Assembly: GCA_016432525.1 (NCBI GenBank)
Contig: CP066693.1
Span: 96,815-160,814, forward strand
Reading direction: 5' to 3'
From: Candidatus Woesebacteria bacterium
GTDB lineage: Bacteria; Patescibacteriota; Microgenomatia; UBA8517
Length of the DNA: 64,000 nt
Part shown: piece by piece, positions 29,215 to 38,869 of the stretch
How positions within the stretch are numbered: the stretch's first letter is position 1
Layout of the letters: every line of letters starts with the position of its first letter
Translations under genes and position numbers: made by a program
The notes under the pieces: generated by a model
What the model was told of the DNA's origin: nothing
Database searches by the model: none
Seen by the model: only the letters and a program-made list of their open reading frames with translations

Positions 29215-29835
29215 TTATCCTTTACCTCTACCTACAAGCTCAAAAGCTCTTTCATCGCTACTTGGATTTTTTTGAGGTGCAATTACCTCATCAAAAATCT
29301 GAAGTGCCTGATATGCCTCTTCTGGACTATTTACAATTCTGTAGACTTTCAAATCATCTGATCTAATTCTCATTGTAATCCCAAATGTTTGCATTATCTT
29401 GTACCAAAAATCACCATATAATATCAATGGCTTATGGTGCCCAAAATAAAGCCGCGCAAGTCCCCAAGCCATTCCAAATTCAGAAATTGTTCCAGTTCCA
29501 CCTCGAAATACAACATAAGCATCTCCAAGCTCCAGTAGTTTCAATGTCCTCTCTAAATAACTCTTACAAACAATTTCTTGATCAAATGGATTTTTGGGGT
29601 CGCGGCCCTCAAAATTGGTTATATCTTTTGGATAAAATGTAACACCAATTGCAGTTCCGCCTGCAGCTTTTGCTCCTTCTGAAACTGCCCTCATAGCTCC
29701 AGGCCCTCCGCCATTTACAGAAGTATAGCCTTTACTCGTCAAATATTTTGAAAGCTCAAAAGCCTCTTTAAATAAAGGATCAGAAGGTGGCGCATCCGCA
29801 AACCCAAAATAAGCTATATTTTTGATTTTATTCAT
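29215..29835 (-). CDS. LOG-family protein (TIGR00730 Rossmann-fold nucleotide-binding / cytokinin riboside 5'-monophosphate phosphoribohydrolase-like)
   Basis: 'GGGPGAMRA' and 'VFRGGTGTISE' motifs. Confidence 0.7.
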   Translation of the reverse strand: MNKIKNIAYFGFADAPPSDPLFKEAFELSKYLTSKGYTSVNGGGPGAMRAVSEGAKAAGGTAIGVTFYPKDITNFEGRDPKNPFDQEIVCKSYLERTLKLLELGDAYVVFRGGTGTISEFGMAWGLARLYFGHHKPLILYGDFWYKIMQTFGITMRIRSDDLKVYRIVNSPEEAYQALQIFDEVIAPQKNPSSDERAFELVGRGKG

Positions 29836-30427
29836 TTTGTTTAAACCATCTCCTTCCCATCACAACCTCGTTAACTCCCAACTCCTCAAGATTGGGAATC
29901 ATTTGCATATCCACTCCTCCATCCAGGCAAATTTTAAATGAATGAGCGCCTATTGATTTAATTTCTTTAAGCTTTTTTACAACTCCCTCATTAAATTCCT
30001 GCCCTCCAAATCCAGCTTTCACGCTCATTAAAAGTACCACATCAAGATCATTTAATAAATCCTCATTTAAATCCGTTAGTTCTGTTTGTAAATCCAGCGC
30101 CAGTCCAACTTGTAAATTAAAAGATAAAACTTTCTCAACAAAATCCTTCTGGCTTTTCATCATTTCAATTTGGCCTACTATCCGATCAGCATTCGCTCTT
30201 ACACATCTTTCAATCCAGTTTATAGGCTCATGAACCATCAAATGGAAATCTAAAAACAAAGAAGTATCAATGTGAGACAAAATTGATGGGTCAATAGTTT
30301 TATTGTTAGCAAATTTTCCATCGATAATATCGATTTGAACTCGTTTTGCTTTATTATTAGCAGCAAAAATTAAATCTCTTAACTCGTTAGGATCATTTGT
30401 TAATATTGAAGGTATTATTTCAACCAT
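29828..30427 (-). CDS. rpe: Ribulose-phosphate 3-epimerase
   Basis: 'IIPSILTND', 'HLMVHEP', 'VLLMSVKAGFGGQEF' and 'CLDGGV' motifs. Confidence 0.8.
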   Translation of the reverse strand: MVEIIPSILTNDPNELRDLIFAANNKAKRVQIDIIDGKFANNKTIDPSILSHIDTSLFLDFHLMVHEPINWIERCVRANADRIVGQIEMMKSQKDFVEKVLSFNLQVGLALDLQTELTDLNEDLLNDLDVVLLMSVKAGFGGQEFNEGVVKKLKEIKSIGAHSFKICLDGGVDMQMIPNLEELGVNEVVMGRRWFKQNE

Positions 30428-30876
30428 TTTTTTTCATATTCCTCTAAAGCCTGGATTTGACGTTCATGTATATGTATCTCTGGCCTTTTCTCTTTAACAA
30501 ATTCCAAAGCTTTCGATAAACTATATCCTTTATATCTTATAAAATAGGCACAAACCATGGTAGGTGATCTTCCATGCCCCAATTTACAATGAACATATAC
30601 ATTTTTATTTAATCTAACAGCTTCATTAATAATCGCTGTACCAATATCAAATTGATCGCTAGTTGAAGGGTACTCATCGGGAGTTGGAATCCAAGAGTAA
30701 ATATCAATTCCATCAGGCGGGATTTCTTTTTTTTCAACACTTAAATTAATCTCGACAAGTATTTTAAGTTCTTCAAATTCTTCACCATGAATTGGGCAGA
30801 CATTGCCCTTACACAAATCAGATCCGATGTAAATATTCTCTGTTATTCTTGAGTAATCAAAAACGTGATCATCCAT
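30415..30876 (-). CDS. Dual-specificity protein phosphatase
   Basis: CX5R active site 'HCKLGHGRS'. 153 aa. Confidence 0.7.
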   Translation of the reverse strand: MDDHVFDYSRITENIYIGSDLCKGNVCPIHGEEFEELKILVEINLSVEKKEIPPDGIDIYSWIPTPDEYPSTSDQFDIGTAIINEAVRLNKNVYVHCKLGHGRSPTMVCAYFIRYKGYSLSKALEFVKEKRPEIHIHERQIQALEEYEKKWLK

Positions 30877-31972
30877 TTTTGAAAGTTAAGCTAATTGGGT
30901 CCGATGGAGCAGTTTGTTTATCAAGTGTTCGACCTACACGAATTACTTGCTCAATTAAACGATTTGCATAACCCCATTCATTGTCGTACCAAGCAAAAAC
31001 TTTCACTAAATTGCCTCCAACCACTTGCGTCAAGGCTAAATCAACAATCGACGATTCTCTTCTTCCTATAATATCAGACGAAACCAAATCCCCATCAGAT
31101 ATAGCTAAAATTCCTTTGTATATCGAGTTCTCACAGGCTTTCCTAAAAGCCTCATTTACTTCTTCTACGCTTACTTCCTTCTTAAGCAGAAGTGTAAAGT
31201 CAGTAATTGATCCAGTTGCAGTTGGAACCCTAATTGCCATCCCATCAAAAAGTCCTTTTAGCTCAGGAATTGTTTCAGTTGTAGCAATTGCTGCCCCTGT
31301 TGAAGTAGGAATAATATTCTCAGCAGCAGCTCGGGCTCTTCTTAAATCCTTGTGAGAATTATCCTGCAAATTCTGATCATCAGTATAAGAATGAATTGTG
31401 GTCATCATCGCCTTTTCAATTCCAAATGCTGCATGCATTACGGCCGCAACAGGCGCAATACAGTTTGTAGTACAAGAAGCATTTGATATAACCATCGCAT
31501 TTCCGTCATATTCATTTACTCCCAAAACATAAGTTCCAACATTTCCACCTTTGGCAGGCGCAGAAATCACAACTCTTTTTGCTCCTCCTTTTCCGTGTTT
31601 TTGAGCATCCTCCGAAGTGACAAATTTTCCAGTTGATTCAATTACAATATCAACTCCATATTTACTCCATGGAATTTTTTCAGGATCTCTTTGAGCTAAA
31701 ATTGCAGATTTTCTTCCTTCACAAATTAAGTATCCAATTAAAGGGTCTTCATCTGTTGCCTCAGCCGCCTTTTTAGTATGCTCCGCTCCAACAATCTTTT
31801 CATACTTCCTATACATTGTGTCAAAGTTAGTAATATGAGCCCAACCAGAAACCTCCATCGACCCAGAAGTATTTATCGCAGCAAACTCAATCTCGTTTGC
31901 ATAATAGAGATTCCCAATACGGTACGCAATTCTTCCAATTCTTCCGAATCCATTTATTCCAACTTTTACCAT
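30869..31972 (-). CDS. gap: Glyceraldehyde-3-phosphate dehydrogenase
   Basis: 'VGINGFGRIGR' and 'ASCTTNC' catalytic cysteine motif. Confidence 0.9.
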   Translation of the reverse strand: MVKVGINGFGRIGRIAYRIGNLYYANEIEFAAINTSGSMEVSGWAHITNFDTMYRKYEKIVGAEHTKKAAEATDEDPLIGYLICEGRKSAILAQRDPEKIPWSKYGVDIVIESTGKFVTSEDAQKHGKGGAKRVVISAPAKGGNVGTYVLGVNEYDGNAMVISNASCTTNCIAPVAAVMHAAFGIEKAMMTTIHSYTDDQNLQDNSHKDLRRARAAAENIIPTSTGAAIATTETIPELKGLFDGMAIRVPTATGSITDFTLLLKKEVSVEEVNEAFRKACENSIYKGILAISDGDLVSSDIIGRRESSIVDLALTQVVGGNLVKVFAWYDNEWGYANRLIEQVIRVGRTLDKQTAPSDPISLTFKNG

Positions 31973-31998
31973 TAAATCAGTTTAACACAAGACAATTT

Positions 31999-32211
31999 TT
32001 ACTTCCTCTTCTTTTTCTTGTTGGTAGCCATCGCATACGCTCCCCAAAGGCCTGATGCTCCTATTAAGATATAAACGCCTTTAACCAAAATTGGCCAACT
32101 GCCTAGCAAGCTTCCAATTAAATCAAAACTCAAAACTCCCATTAATCCTACTTCTAAAGCTCCTAGTACAACTAACCATTTAGAGACAGTCTTTAATTCC
32201 ACTTTACTCAC
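31999..32211 (-). CDS. DUF378-family small membrane protein
   Basis: 'LGALEVGLMGV...FDLIGSLLGS...ILIGASGLW' pattern. A paralog lies at 45534-45770. Confidence 0.6.
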   Translation of the reverse strand: MSKVELKTVSKWLVVLGALEVGLMGVLSFDLIGSLLGSWPILVKGVYILIGASGLWGAYAMATNKKKKRK

Positions 32212-32261
32212 CCCCTTATATTTAGACTAGCAGATTTTTTTCTTTAACAAAAGCTTAAGTT

Positions 32262-33209
32262 TCACAAAAGCGCTTCAATTCCCGGCAAAGTGTGGTTTGC
32301 CAAAAAATCAAGCATTGCCCCTCCACCAACAGAAATCCAGTCAAATTTATCTGAAAGTTTCAAAAGATCTATAGCGCTCGTTGTATCTCCTCCCCCCGCC
32401 ACTTTAAAAGCACCCACCTGAGAAACTGCGGTTAGAACTCTCTTGGTTCCTTGCCTGTGTCCCTCATCCTCAAATTTCCCTATCGGTCCAGAAACAACAA
32501 TAGTTCCAGCGCCAACAACTGCTGACTCAAACTTCTCCATTGAATGAATCGTTATATCTTCCTTATCAGGCAAAAGATCAGCAATTAAAACTTTACTGTT
32601 TTTATGTAAAACACTTGAATCGTAAATGTATTCTGGAAGCCTTCCACCTATTAAAATTCTATCTGAAAACTCTAAAAACTTTTCAATATAACCCATCTTA
32701 TCATCTTTAATTCCTGAAATAAGTGTAATTACTGGCCTTTTTGGATCCTCAAAAATCTTTGACAAATTCTCAACTTCCTCTACAAATCGGTTTCCTGCAA
32801 GATGCGGCAATAATTTTGGGATCCCCACAATTGAAGCATGAGCTCTATGCGATGCTCCAAATGCCTCATTCACATAAAAATCTCCGTTACTTGCCAATCT
32901 CTTTGCAAACTCGACATCGTTTGACTCCTCCCCGGGATCAAATCTCAAATTTTCGAGTAATCTAGCATTCCATTTTTGAAAGTAAGATTCAAATGGCTTC
33001 AAGCTTAAACTCTCATCAAATTTTCCACCTGGCCTACCTCTGTGTCCCATCAAAATAATTTGGCCATTCTTCTCTTTAATTAAATCCAAAGTCGGAATAA
33101 GTGTTGTAAATCTCAAGTTTTCCTGATCCTTAGGGTCAAAGTCCAAATCAGCTCTAACAATCACCCTTTTCCCCGAAAAATCAACAGAAGTAAGCGTAGG
33201 TAAATTAAT
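32262..33209 (-). CDS. pgk: Phosphoglycerate kinase (compact). The ORF-track start at 33275 overlaps rpiB, and an internal Met at ~33209 is more likely
   Basis: 'VRADLDFDP' and 'MGHRGRP' N-terminal motifs. C-terminal 'VGGGA'. Confidence 0.8.
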   Translation of the reverse strand: MNLPTLTSVDFSGKRVIVRADLDFDPKDQENLRFTTLIPTLDLIKEKNGQIILMGHRGRPGGKFDESLSLKPFESYFQKWNARLLENLRFDPGEESNDVEFAKRLASNGDFYVNEAFGASHRAHASIVGIPKLLPHLAGNRFVEEVENLSKIFEDPKRPVITLISGIKDDKMGYIEKFLEFSDRILIGGRLPEYIYDSSVLHKNSKVLIADLLPDKEDITIHSMEKFESAVVGAGTIVVSGPIGKFEDEGHRQGTKRVLTAVSQVGAFKVAGGGDTTSAIDLLKLSDKFDWISVGGGAMLDFLANHTLPGIEALL

Positions 33210-33660
33210 CATTTCTATTTTCCTCAACTCTTTGAATTTCATCAATTCTTCGTTTGTATCTTGCCTTATCTCCAAACTCAGTCTTCAAAAACTCATGAAC
33301 CATTTCTCGAGCTTCGCGCTCATTGGTAAAATCAGCTGCAATTACTAAAATATTCATATTGTCATCGTTGCGTCCAGCTTTTACCTGCTTGGGATCTTTT
33401 CCAATTGAAGCTCTAATGCTTCCAAATTTATTTGCCATTACATCAACCCCAACTCCTGATCCACAAAGCAAAATCCCAAAATTATCTTGACCATTTCCTA
33501 CAACAGATGCCACTTTCTCTGCATACAAAGTATAATCATCCTTTGGATCATTTTTGTATGCCCCCATATCTTCAAATTCATATTTCCATTCTTTTAACCA
33601 ATTAATAATTTTTTCTTTTAATTCAAATCCGCGATGATCAGCCCCTATATAAACTTTCAT
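33205..33660 (-). CDS. rpiB: Ribose-5-phosphate isomerase B
   Basis: 'KVYIGADHRGFELK' and 'LLCGSGVGVDVMANK' motifs. 151 aa. Confidence 0.85.
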   Translation of the reverse strand: MKVYIGADHRGFELKEKIINWLKEWKYEFEDMGAYKNDPKDDYTLYAEKVASVVGNGQDNFGILLCGSGVGVDVMANKFGSIRASIGKDPKQVKAGRNDDNMNILVIAADFTNEREAREMVHEFLKTEFGDKARYKRRIDEIQRVEENRND

Positions 33661-34316
33661 TTTTTAAATCCTTCCAATAAATTCAAAAGTGATGCTTTAG
33701 GATCTTGTGCTTTTACAATATTAGTTGCAACAGCAATTCCTTTTGCTCCAAGCTCTATACTTTTTGACACATCTTCTTTTGAATGGATTCCAGCTCCAAC
33801 TACCAATGGAACTCCACTCTTTCTAGAAACTTCAACTGCCTCAGATATAATCTCGGGTTTTGCAGATGCTACAGAAGTTGTCGTACTCCCAACAAGTTCA
33901 GGTGGCTCATATGAAACATAGCTAGGGTTTAGTTTAATTACTTTCTCAAGTGTTTCAATGTCTTTAGCAAAGACCAAACTCTGAAGTTTAGTATCTTTCA
34001 CTTTCTTTACAGAGAGAGAAAGTGTCCTCATTGAAATAGGGTGTTCTGAATGGTTCAAAAAAGTGCCTTTTCCATAAAGTCTAAAAACTTCATCCGCTAA
34101 AACAAATCCAGTATGTGCTCCATAATCAAAAGGATCTGTGTGTTGAACCCACAAGGGAAGTAATGTTTTCCCACTAAAATAAGCTAAATCCAAAATAGAA
34201 ACAACAGGAATAATTGGGACGCTTGTTGTGCCAGCAACCTCCCCTAATATATTCAAAAGTGAAAGCCCTCTCTCCCCAGTGCTTTCTTGATATGTCTTAA
34301 AGTTTACAAAAATCAT
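33657..34316 (-). CDS. tpiA: Triosephosphate isomerase (archaeal-like)
   Basis: 'NFKTY', 'NHSEH', 'YEPPELVGS' and 'GAGI' motifs. 219 aa. Confidence 0.8.
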   Translation of the reverse strand: MIFVNFKTYQESTGERGLSLLNILGEVAGTTSVPIIPVVSILDLAYFSGKTLLPLWVQHTDPFDYGAHTGFVLADEVFRLYGKGTFLNHSEHPISMRTLSLSVKKVKDTKLQSLVFAKDIETLEKVIKLNPSYVSYEPPELVGSTTTSVASAKPEIISEAVEVSRKSGVPLVVGAGIHSKEDVSKSIELGAKGIAVATNIVKAQDPKASLLNLLEGFKK

Positions 34317-34561
34317 GATCCTAAGATTCCCTCAAGTTTACCTTTATCAAATCCAATTACACTCTCGCGATTCCCATCATCCTTGGTAATTACAACATAA
34401 GGAACCCCTAAAAAACCTCCTGAAACTCCCATCATCTCCTCTTTTGCCTTTTCATCTTGATCCACCAGCTTCTCTTCATAGCTAATATTCTTTTCTTTTA
34501 GGTAATCCTTAAGCATGCTGCAGTAAGGACAAGTTGTTGTTGAATAAATAATTATATTCAT
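34313..34561 (-). CDS. Glutaredoxin-like protein (NrdH/Grx family)
   Basis: CPYC active site. 82 aa. Confidence 0.75.
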   Translation of the reverse strand: MNIIIYSTTTCPYCSMLKDYLKEKNISYEEKLVDQDEKAKEEMMGVSGGFLGVPYVVITKDDGNRESVIGFDKGKLEGILGS

Positions 34562-34579
34562 AATAAATCACCTCCACTC

Positions 34580-35311
34580 TCATCCAAATACAAACCCAAA
34601 AACTTTATACCAGATTGGCTCGTCAACAGAAAGTACATGTCCATTTGTTGCCGATACGGTTGTTTTTACAGGAACATCAAATTTATAGACATTAAAAAGA
34701 TTCACTCCCTTAACTCCATCAATTGCATAAAAAAGTTCTCCCTTGTCACTTTCTGAAAGCTGTAAAGAATTCACAGTCGGTGCAGTTTTGCTAATAATAT
34801 TAGATCTTACAACATAAGTTATAGCATCATAAGGAAGTATCGATAAATTCCTCACCCCACTCGGAGAATGAACCAAAACTGCCGCTTCTTTTGAATCAAC
34901 TTCAATCGGATATGATGTATAAACTGTAAATCCATTTTGGCTGATACTGAACTTGTCATTCGAAAATCCTATTTGAATTTTTTTAACGTCACCTCTCTCT
35001 TCTATTTCAACAATGTTATCGCGAAAACTTGTAACATCGCTTGTTGTATTCCCTAACTTACTTTGAACATTCAAAGTAAGTTTGCCATTATCTTTATTTA
35101 ATAAAACTTTTGCATCAGTCAAAGAAGATGCAGGGCTATCTTGAAGTTTTTTTATGCTAATATCCTTACCATCTGTCTCTGAAGAAAGAACTTTATCAAA
35201 AACAAGCGCTCCTTTATTATCAATTGTCACGTACGACGCAAAAACCATTGAACTTTTCGTAAAAAATACAAAAAAAACGACTAAAATCACTAAAAAAAAT
35301 CGATTTCTCAC
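34580..35311 (-). CDS. Hypothetical secreted protein
   Basis: Signal peptide followed by a beta-rich sequence. Confidence 0.45.
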   Translation of the reverse strand: MRNRFFLVILVVFFVFFTKSSMVFASYVTIDNKGALVFDKVLSSETDGKDISIKKLQDSPASSLTDAKVLLNKDNGKLTLNVQSKLGNTTSDVTSFRDNIVEIEERGDVKKIQIGFSNDKFSISQNGFTVYTSYPIEVDSKEAAVLVHSPSGVRNLSILPYDAITYVVRSNIISKTAPTVNSLQLSESDKGELFYAIDGVKGVNLFNVYKFDVPVKTTVSATNGHVLSVDEPIWYKVFGFVFG

Positions 35312-35323
35312 CTTTTAACTATA

Positions 35324-35806
35324 TCATAAGAAGCGTCCGCTAAGAAGAATTTTATTATCTCGCAAAACCGTAACCTTTTTATAGTCAGTAAGGTCAGTAT
35401 TTTTAGTAAAATTAATCATAAACCCTCCTTTTGCAACCACCATTTGCCCCAAATCAATCTCTGTTCCGTCATCCTTTGCTATTTTTGCGATATATTTATT
35501 ATTTTCCGGCAAATCAGCAAGTATTGTTAACTCAAATACATTATTTTTATAACTTCTTGTAGTAACTCCAAAATAATTTTGCCCCTCACCCGAAACATCG
35601 GATAATTCTACCTTGTCAATATCGTCAGGAATATTAACATTAAAAGCTCCTTTAACTTTTTCTTCGAGAGAAGGACTAGAAGTCGCAACAGGTGTAATTT
35701 GATTTTCCAAAGTATTGCCTCTACCTCGATTAATTAAAAAAATCAAAACACCCGCAAACAATATTACAAAAGTTCCAACAGCCAAATCGCGAATATTAAA
35801 TCGCAT
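35324..35806 (-). CDS. Hypothetical membrane-anchored protein
   Basis: N-terminal TM. 160 aa. Confidence 0.45.
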   Translation of the reverse strand: MRFNIRDLAVGTFVILFAGVLIFLINRGRGNTLENQITPVATSSPSLEEKVKGAFNVNIPDDIDKVELSDVSGEGQNYFGVTTRSYKNNVFELTILADLPENNKYIAKIAKDDGTEIDLGQMVVAKGGFMINFTKNTDLTDYKKVTVLRDNKILLSGRFL

Positions 35807-35904
35807 ATTAATTACCGCAAGAGTAACACAAGTTTTGTTTATTCACAACAAGGTTGCCTCTTTCCCTTTTTCTTTTTCTTCATTTATAATATTATTCTAT
35901 ATAA

Positions 35905-36216
35905 ATGAAACTCGATACAATTACAAAAATAATTTCAATCATTCACCATTTGGTTTGGACAATCATTGGTCTTTCAATAATAGCTCTAGCAATCTTCTTT
36001 ATTAGCTCTGGTTATAAATATCTTCTTAATAATAGTCAGGCCGCTCAAACCAGCAACAAAACAACAAGCCTTCCAACTCTTTCTGATAAGGACTTAAAAT
36101 GTGTTGAGAATGCCATAGGAAAAACACGTTTTGATCAAATAGCCTCAGGCTCAGGAGGCACACCTAGCCCAGATGAGCAAGTTAAGCTCGCCAAATGCTT
36201 CCCAACCTCACAGTGA
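35905..36216 (+). CDS. Hypothetical membrane protein
   Basis: One TM helix. 103 aa. Confidence 0.4.
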   Translation: MKLDTITKIISIIHHLVWTIIGLSIIALAIFFISSGYKYLLNNSQAAQTSNKTTSLPTLSDKDLKCVENAIGKTRFDQIASGSGGTPSPDEQVKLAKCFPTSQ

Positions 36217-36288
36217 GCCTAATTAGCCACAATTATAGGCTTGACAAATAGCACTCTCTCTGATATACTGCTAAAAGATTTAAGGCTA

Positions 36289-36323
36289 GATCCGTTCTTC
36301 GGGGCTAGCTTTTTTTATTAACT
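36289..36323 (+). terminator. Rho-independent terminator GGCTAGATCCG-ttctt-CGGGGCTAGC followed by TTTTTTTATT
   Basis: 10-bp stem with 1 mismatch and 1 G-U, followed by a U7 tract. Terminates the upstream + gene and marks the low-GC side of the island boundary. Confidence 0.55.
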
Positions 36324-36465
36324 AAAGCACATTAAAAATACGAGTGGAACTGGATGACACTTCCCTGGGTATGAGCAATTGCTCGTGCCTTGGTATGTGT
36401 CATCCAACTAAGTGCACAAAGCTGGATGGCCTATCGTTCAATAAGCCAACAAGGTGGAGGGCCAA

Positions 36466-37791
36466 ATGCGTAATAAAATCATCGCAACAGTAGTAGTTAT
36501 TTCTCTTTTGTCCGTAGTCACGCCAGCTTTGGCATGGCACGGGCAATTATCCATTACAGTTGACTGTAATGGCGGATCGGCACGGGTAACCCCTGTACCG
36601 AGTAGCGATGTCGTTGAACAATCTGTTTCTTCCAGCTCTTGGAGTTGGGGCGGTAAAAATTCAATTACCGTATCAGGCCATATCAAATGGCATTATCAGA
36701 GGAACGGCAAATGGGTGGATGAAGTTTGGAATGGCAGCCAAGTGGCAACAAAGCCAAATGGTTGCAGTACACCACCCTCAACGTCTACTACGCCAGCATC
36801 AACATTGACGCAACCCTCGCCGACCCAACCATCAATCTGGAGTCCTGGCTGGGCCGCATGCGACTGGAACGAGAAAGACGTTCCCGCAGAGCAGATGAAC
36901 GATTGGCTGTTCCGCTGTTCACCTAAACAAGAAGTGACGGCAGCAAAACCAAAAGTCAACGACTGTTCGGTTCAAGACATGATTCTGGCCCAGGTCCGCA
37001 ATGGCAGCCAAACCGACATCTGGATTTATCGTCCCGGTGTTGAGGATGGCAAAGGCGCGTTCAAGGTGACGTGGAAACCCGAGTTAAAGGGTCAAAACGT
37101 TAACGCGTCTTTCAGCCCCAACGGTTGCAAGATCGTCTTGTCCAATACTGGTCGACTGTTTGTTGTATCGATCGACGGCTCAAGCGTCGAGCGGATCACC
37201 AACACAGGCAAAGATATTCAGCCCAACTGGGCAAGCGATTGGTCAATCTATTTCGTCCGCAAGGACATTTTGACCGTCACTGATCAATGGGGCAAAAAAC
37301 CCACCAGTTTATCCGTCTCGGGTTTCCTTCCCCATGCTTCGCCTGATGCCAAGCAGATCGTTTTCATCAACGATGGCTTAGTTAGCATTGTTGACAAAGA
37401 CGGAAAGAATTTCAAAGGTCTCGGCATCGAGGCAATTAACGCTCTTTGGACACCAAACGGTGCTGGCCTGGTCTATACGACCACTATGGAGGAATTCTGG
37501 TCCTTCAATTTTGCATCACATGCAACAAAAAGGATCGGAAGACCGTTCGAGTCTCGCCAGATAGTCTTGGATCCTACGGGGCTCAACAGAATGGCCGTTG
37601 CCCAAGCAGTTCCATTGGAATCACCCAAGCTTTGGCTTGAAGGTGAGAACAGCAATTTCGTTCTCAACCTCCCGAACCAGGAAGGCCTCGCTTTCCCTGA
37701 TTGGTGGGTTCCAAGCTCTCGCCGCGCGCGGTTCGATAGTTCAATAGTCGTAGCTTTTCTAACGACAACCACAAGCGACTTGAGCTTTTAG
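36466..37791 (+). CDS. Secreted protein with C-terminal TolB/PD40-like beta-propeller repeats (hypothetical)
   Basis: Signal peptide 'MRNKIIATVVVISLLSVVTPALA' and an S/T/P-rich linker. Repeats such as 'SFSPNGCKIVLSN...VVSIDGSSVERIT' resemble PD40 blades. Confidence 0.5.
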   Translation: MRNKIIATVVVISLLSVVTPALAWHGQLSITVDCNGGSARVTPVPSSDVVEQSVSSSSWSWGGKNSITVSGHIKWHYQRNGKWVDEVWNGSQVATKPNGCSTPPSTSTTPASTLTQPSPTQPSIWSPGWAACDWNEKDVPAEQMNDWLFRCSPKQEVTAAKPKVNDCSVQDMILAQVRNGSQTDIWIYRPGVEDGKGAFKVTWKPELKGQNVNASFSPNGCKIVLSNTGRLFVVSIDGSSVERITNTGKDIQPNWASDWSIYFVRKDILTVTDQWGKKPTSLSVSGFLPHASPDAKQIVFINDGLVSIVDKDGKNFKGLGIEAINALWTPNGAGLVYTTTMEEFWSFNFASHATKRIGRPFESRQIVLDPTGLNRMAVAQAVPLESPKLWLEGENSNFVLNLPNQEGLAFPDWWVPSSRRARFDSSIVVAFLTTTTSDLSF

Positions 37792-37832
37792 TTCCACTCT
37801 CGTACCTGACTTTTTAGTCAGATAAAGCGTTA

Positions 37833-37916
37833 GGTGGTGACACTTAAGTAGGATAGAAAGATGAATATTGATCATTGCGATCAAACAAATTCGTTTTTCT
37901 TACCGAAGTCACCACC
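37833..37916 (+). other. Long-range inverted repeat GGTGGTGAC...GTCACCACC (9-bp stem, 66-nt loop with nested TTGATC-attgc-GATCAA)
   Basis: Seen directly. Lies immediately upstream of the hammerhead motif. Confidence 0.4.
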
Positions 37917-37926
37917 TTAGCGCCAC

Positions 37927-37995
37927 GCAGTCTACCGCGATTAAATCGGTACTGATGAGTCCTGCGAAGCTTTACGCGAAGTGGGACGAAACTGC
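37927..37995 (+). ncRNA. Hammerhead ribozyme motif (type III topology)
   Basis: gcaGUC|UACCG-cgauuaaau-CGGUA-CUGAUGA-GUCC-[21-nt loop]-GGAC-GAAAC-UGC. All core nucleotides are present (C3-A9 CUGAUGA, G10.1-C11.1, G12A13A14, A15.1-U16.1, GUC cleavage triplet at 37930-37932). Helix I is 5 bp, helix II 4 bp, helix III 5 bp. Confidence 0.7.
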
Positions 37996-38030
37996 AACTG
38001 CTGATCTTTCAAATAAGGAGACACTGCCCC

Positions 38031-38633
38031 ATGAGTAAGAAACTTCTGGTCTCAATTTTCGTCATCGTTGTTGTTTCAATTTCAAGCGTTGCTTTCGCCC
38101 AGTCCCGCCCGACCGTTGCCCAGGACATTCCCTGCGAACTTCCCTGGACAACCACTCTTGGCTATTGGATCCGCGTTCAAACCAATTTCAACGATAACAT
38201 CGCATCCAACCTGTTTTTTATGATTAAAATCGACACAGACAAATGGACTGATCCCGAAGGTAAAGTCCACATGCGAGACGAAATAGTACCAGCAACGATG
38301 CATTACAGAGGTGATTTCACCTGTTATGTCATGTACGGCCTGGAAAATGGTGGGTACACCATTTTTAACCAGACAGGTCGCGAGATGTCTGTTAAAGACA
38401 TTAGGTTTTACATTGAAACCGTCGACCAAGAAGTAAGAGAGTCACAAATCTATGTAACATCAGACGGCAAATGGCATCTGCAAATTATTCCTGGACAGAA
38501 GCTTGATCGTAATGTCTGGGAAACTTTTCTCACAAAAAAGGGCTATGCAGAGCATGATATCGAAGAAATCTGGCAAATTGTCCAGAAACTGAAACCTTAT
38601 CAAGTCTTTGAGCTCCCAGCCCACGGCCATTAG
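38031..38633 (+). CDS. Hypothetical secreted protein
   Basis: Signal peptide 'MSKKLLVSIFVIVVVSISSVAFA'. 200 aa. High GC. Confidence 0.5.
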   Translation: MSKKLLVSIFVIVVVSISSVAFAQSRPTVAQDIPCELPWTTTLGYWIRVQTNFNDNIASNLFFMIKIDTDKWTDPEGKVHMRDEIVPATMHYRGDFTCYVMYGLENGGYTIFNQTGREMSVKDIRFYIETVDQEVRESQIYVTSDGKWHLQIIPGQKLDRNVWETFLTKKGYAEHDIEEIWQIVQKLKPYQVFELPAHGH

Positions 38634-38869
38634 TAGTAGCCAAAGTTTGAATATTTTTGGGATGAAGTGAACGCTTCAAAAAGTAGTCCTTCATCCCAAC
38701 AATTTAACCCCATAATATTTGACTTCCTTTATACCTCATGATATCCTATATAATTTTCCATTACCTTAGTACATTCAAATTCTAGCTTTGTTATGAGGCA
38801 AGTTCCTTAGTCCCATAGCAATATGCAGACTATCTCAATCGACCGGTCGATGTTTTTAGGAGGTGCGCA

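Noticed and set aside
36238-36266. Perfect sigma70-like promoter TTGACA-N17-TATACT
   Set aside because: It sits between the stop of the upstream gene and that gene's terminator, which lies ~25 nt downstream. A functional promoter firing straight into a terminator is unlikely. Probably fortuitous, or a tiny sRNA at best.
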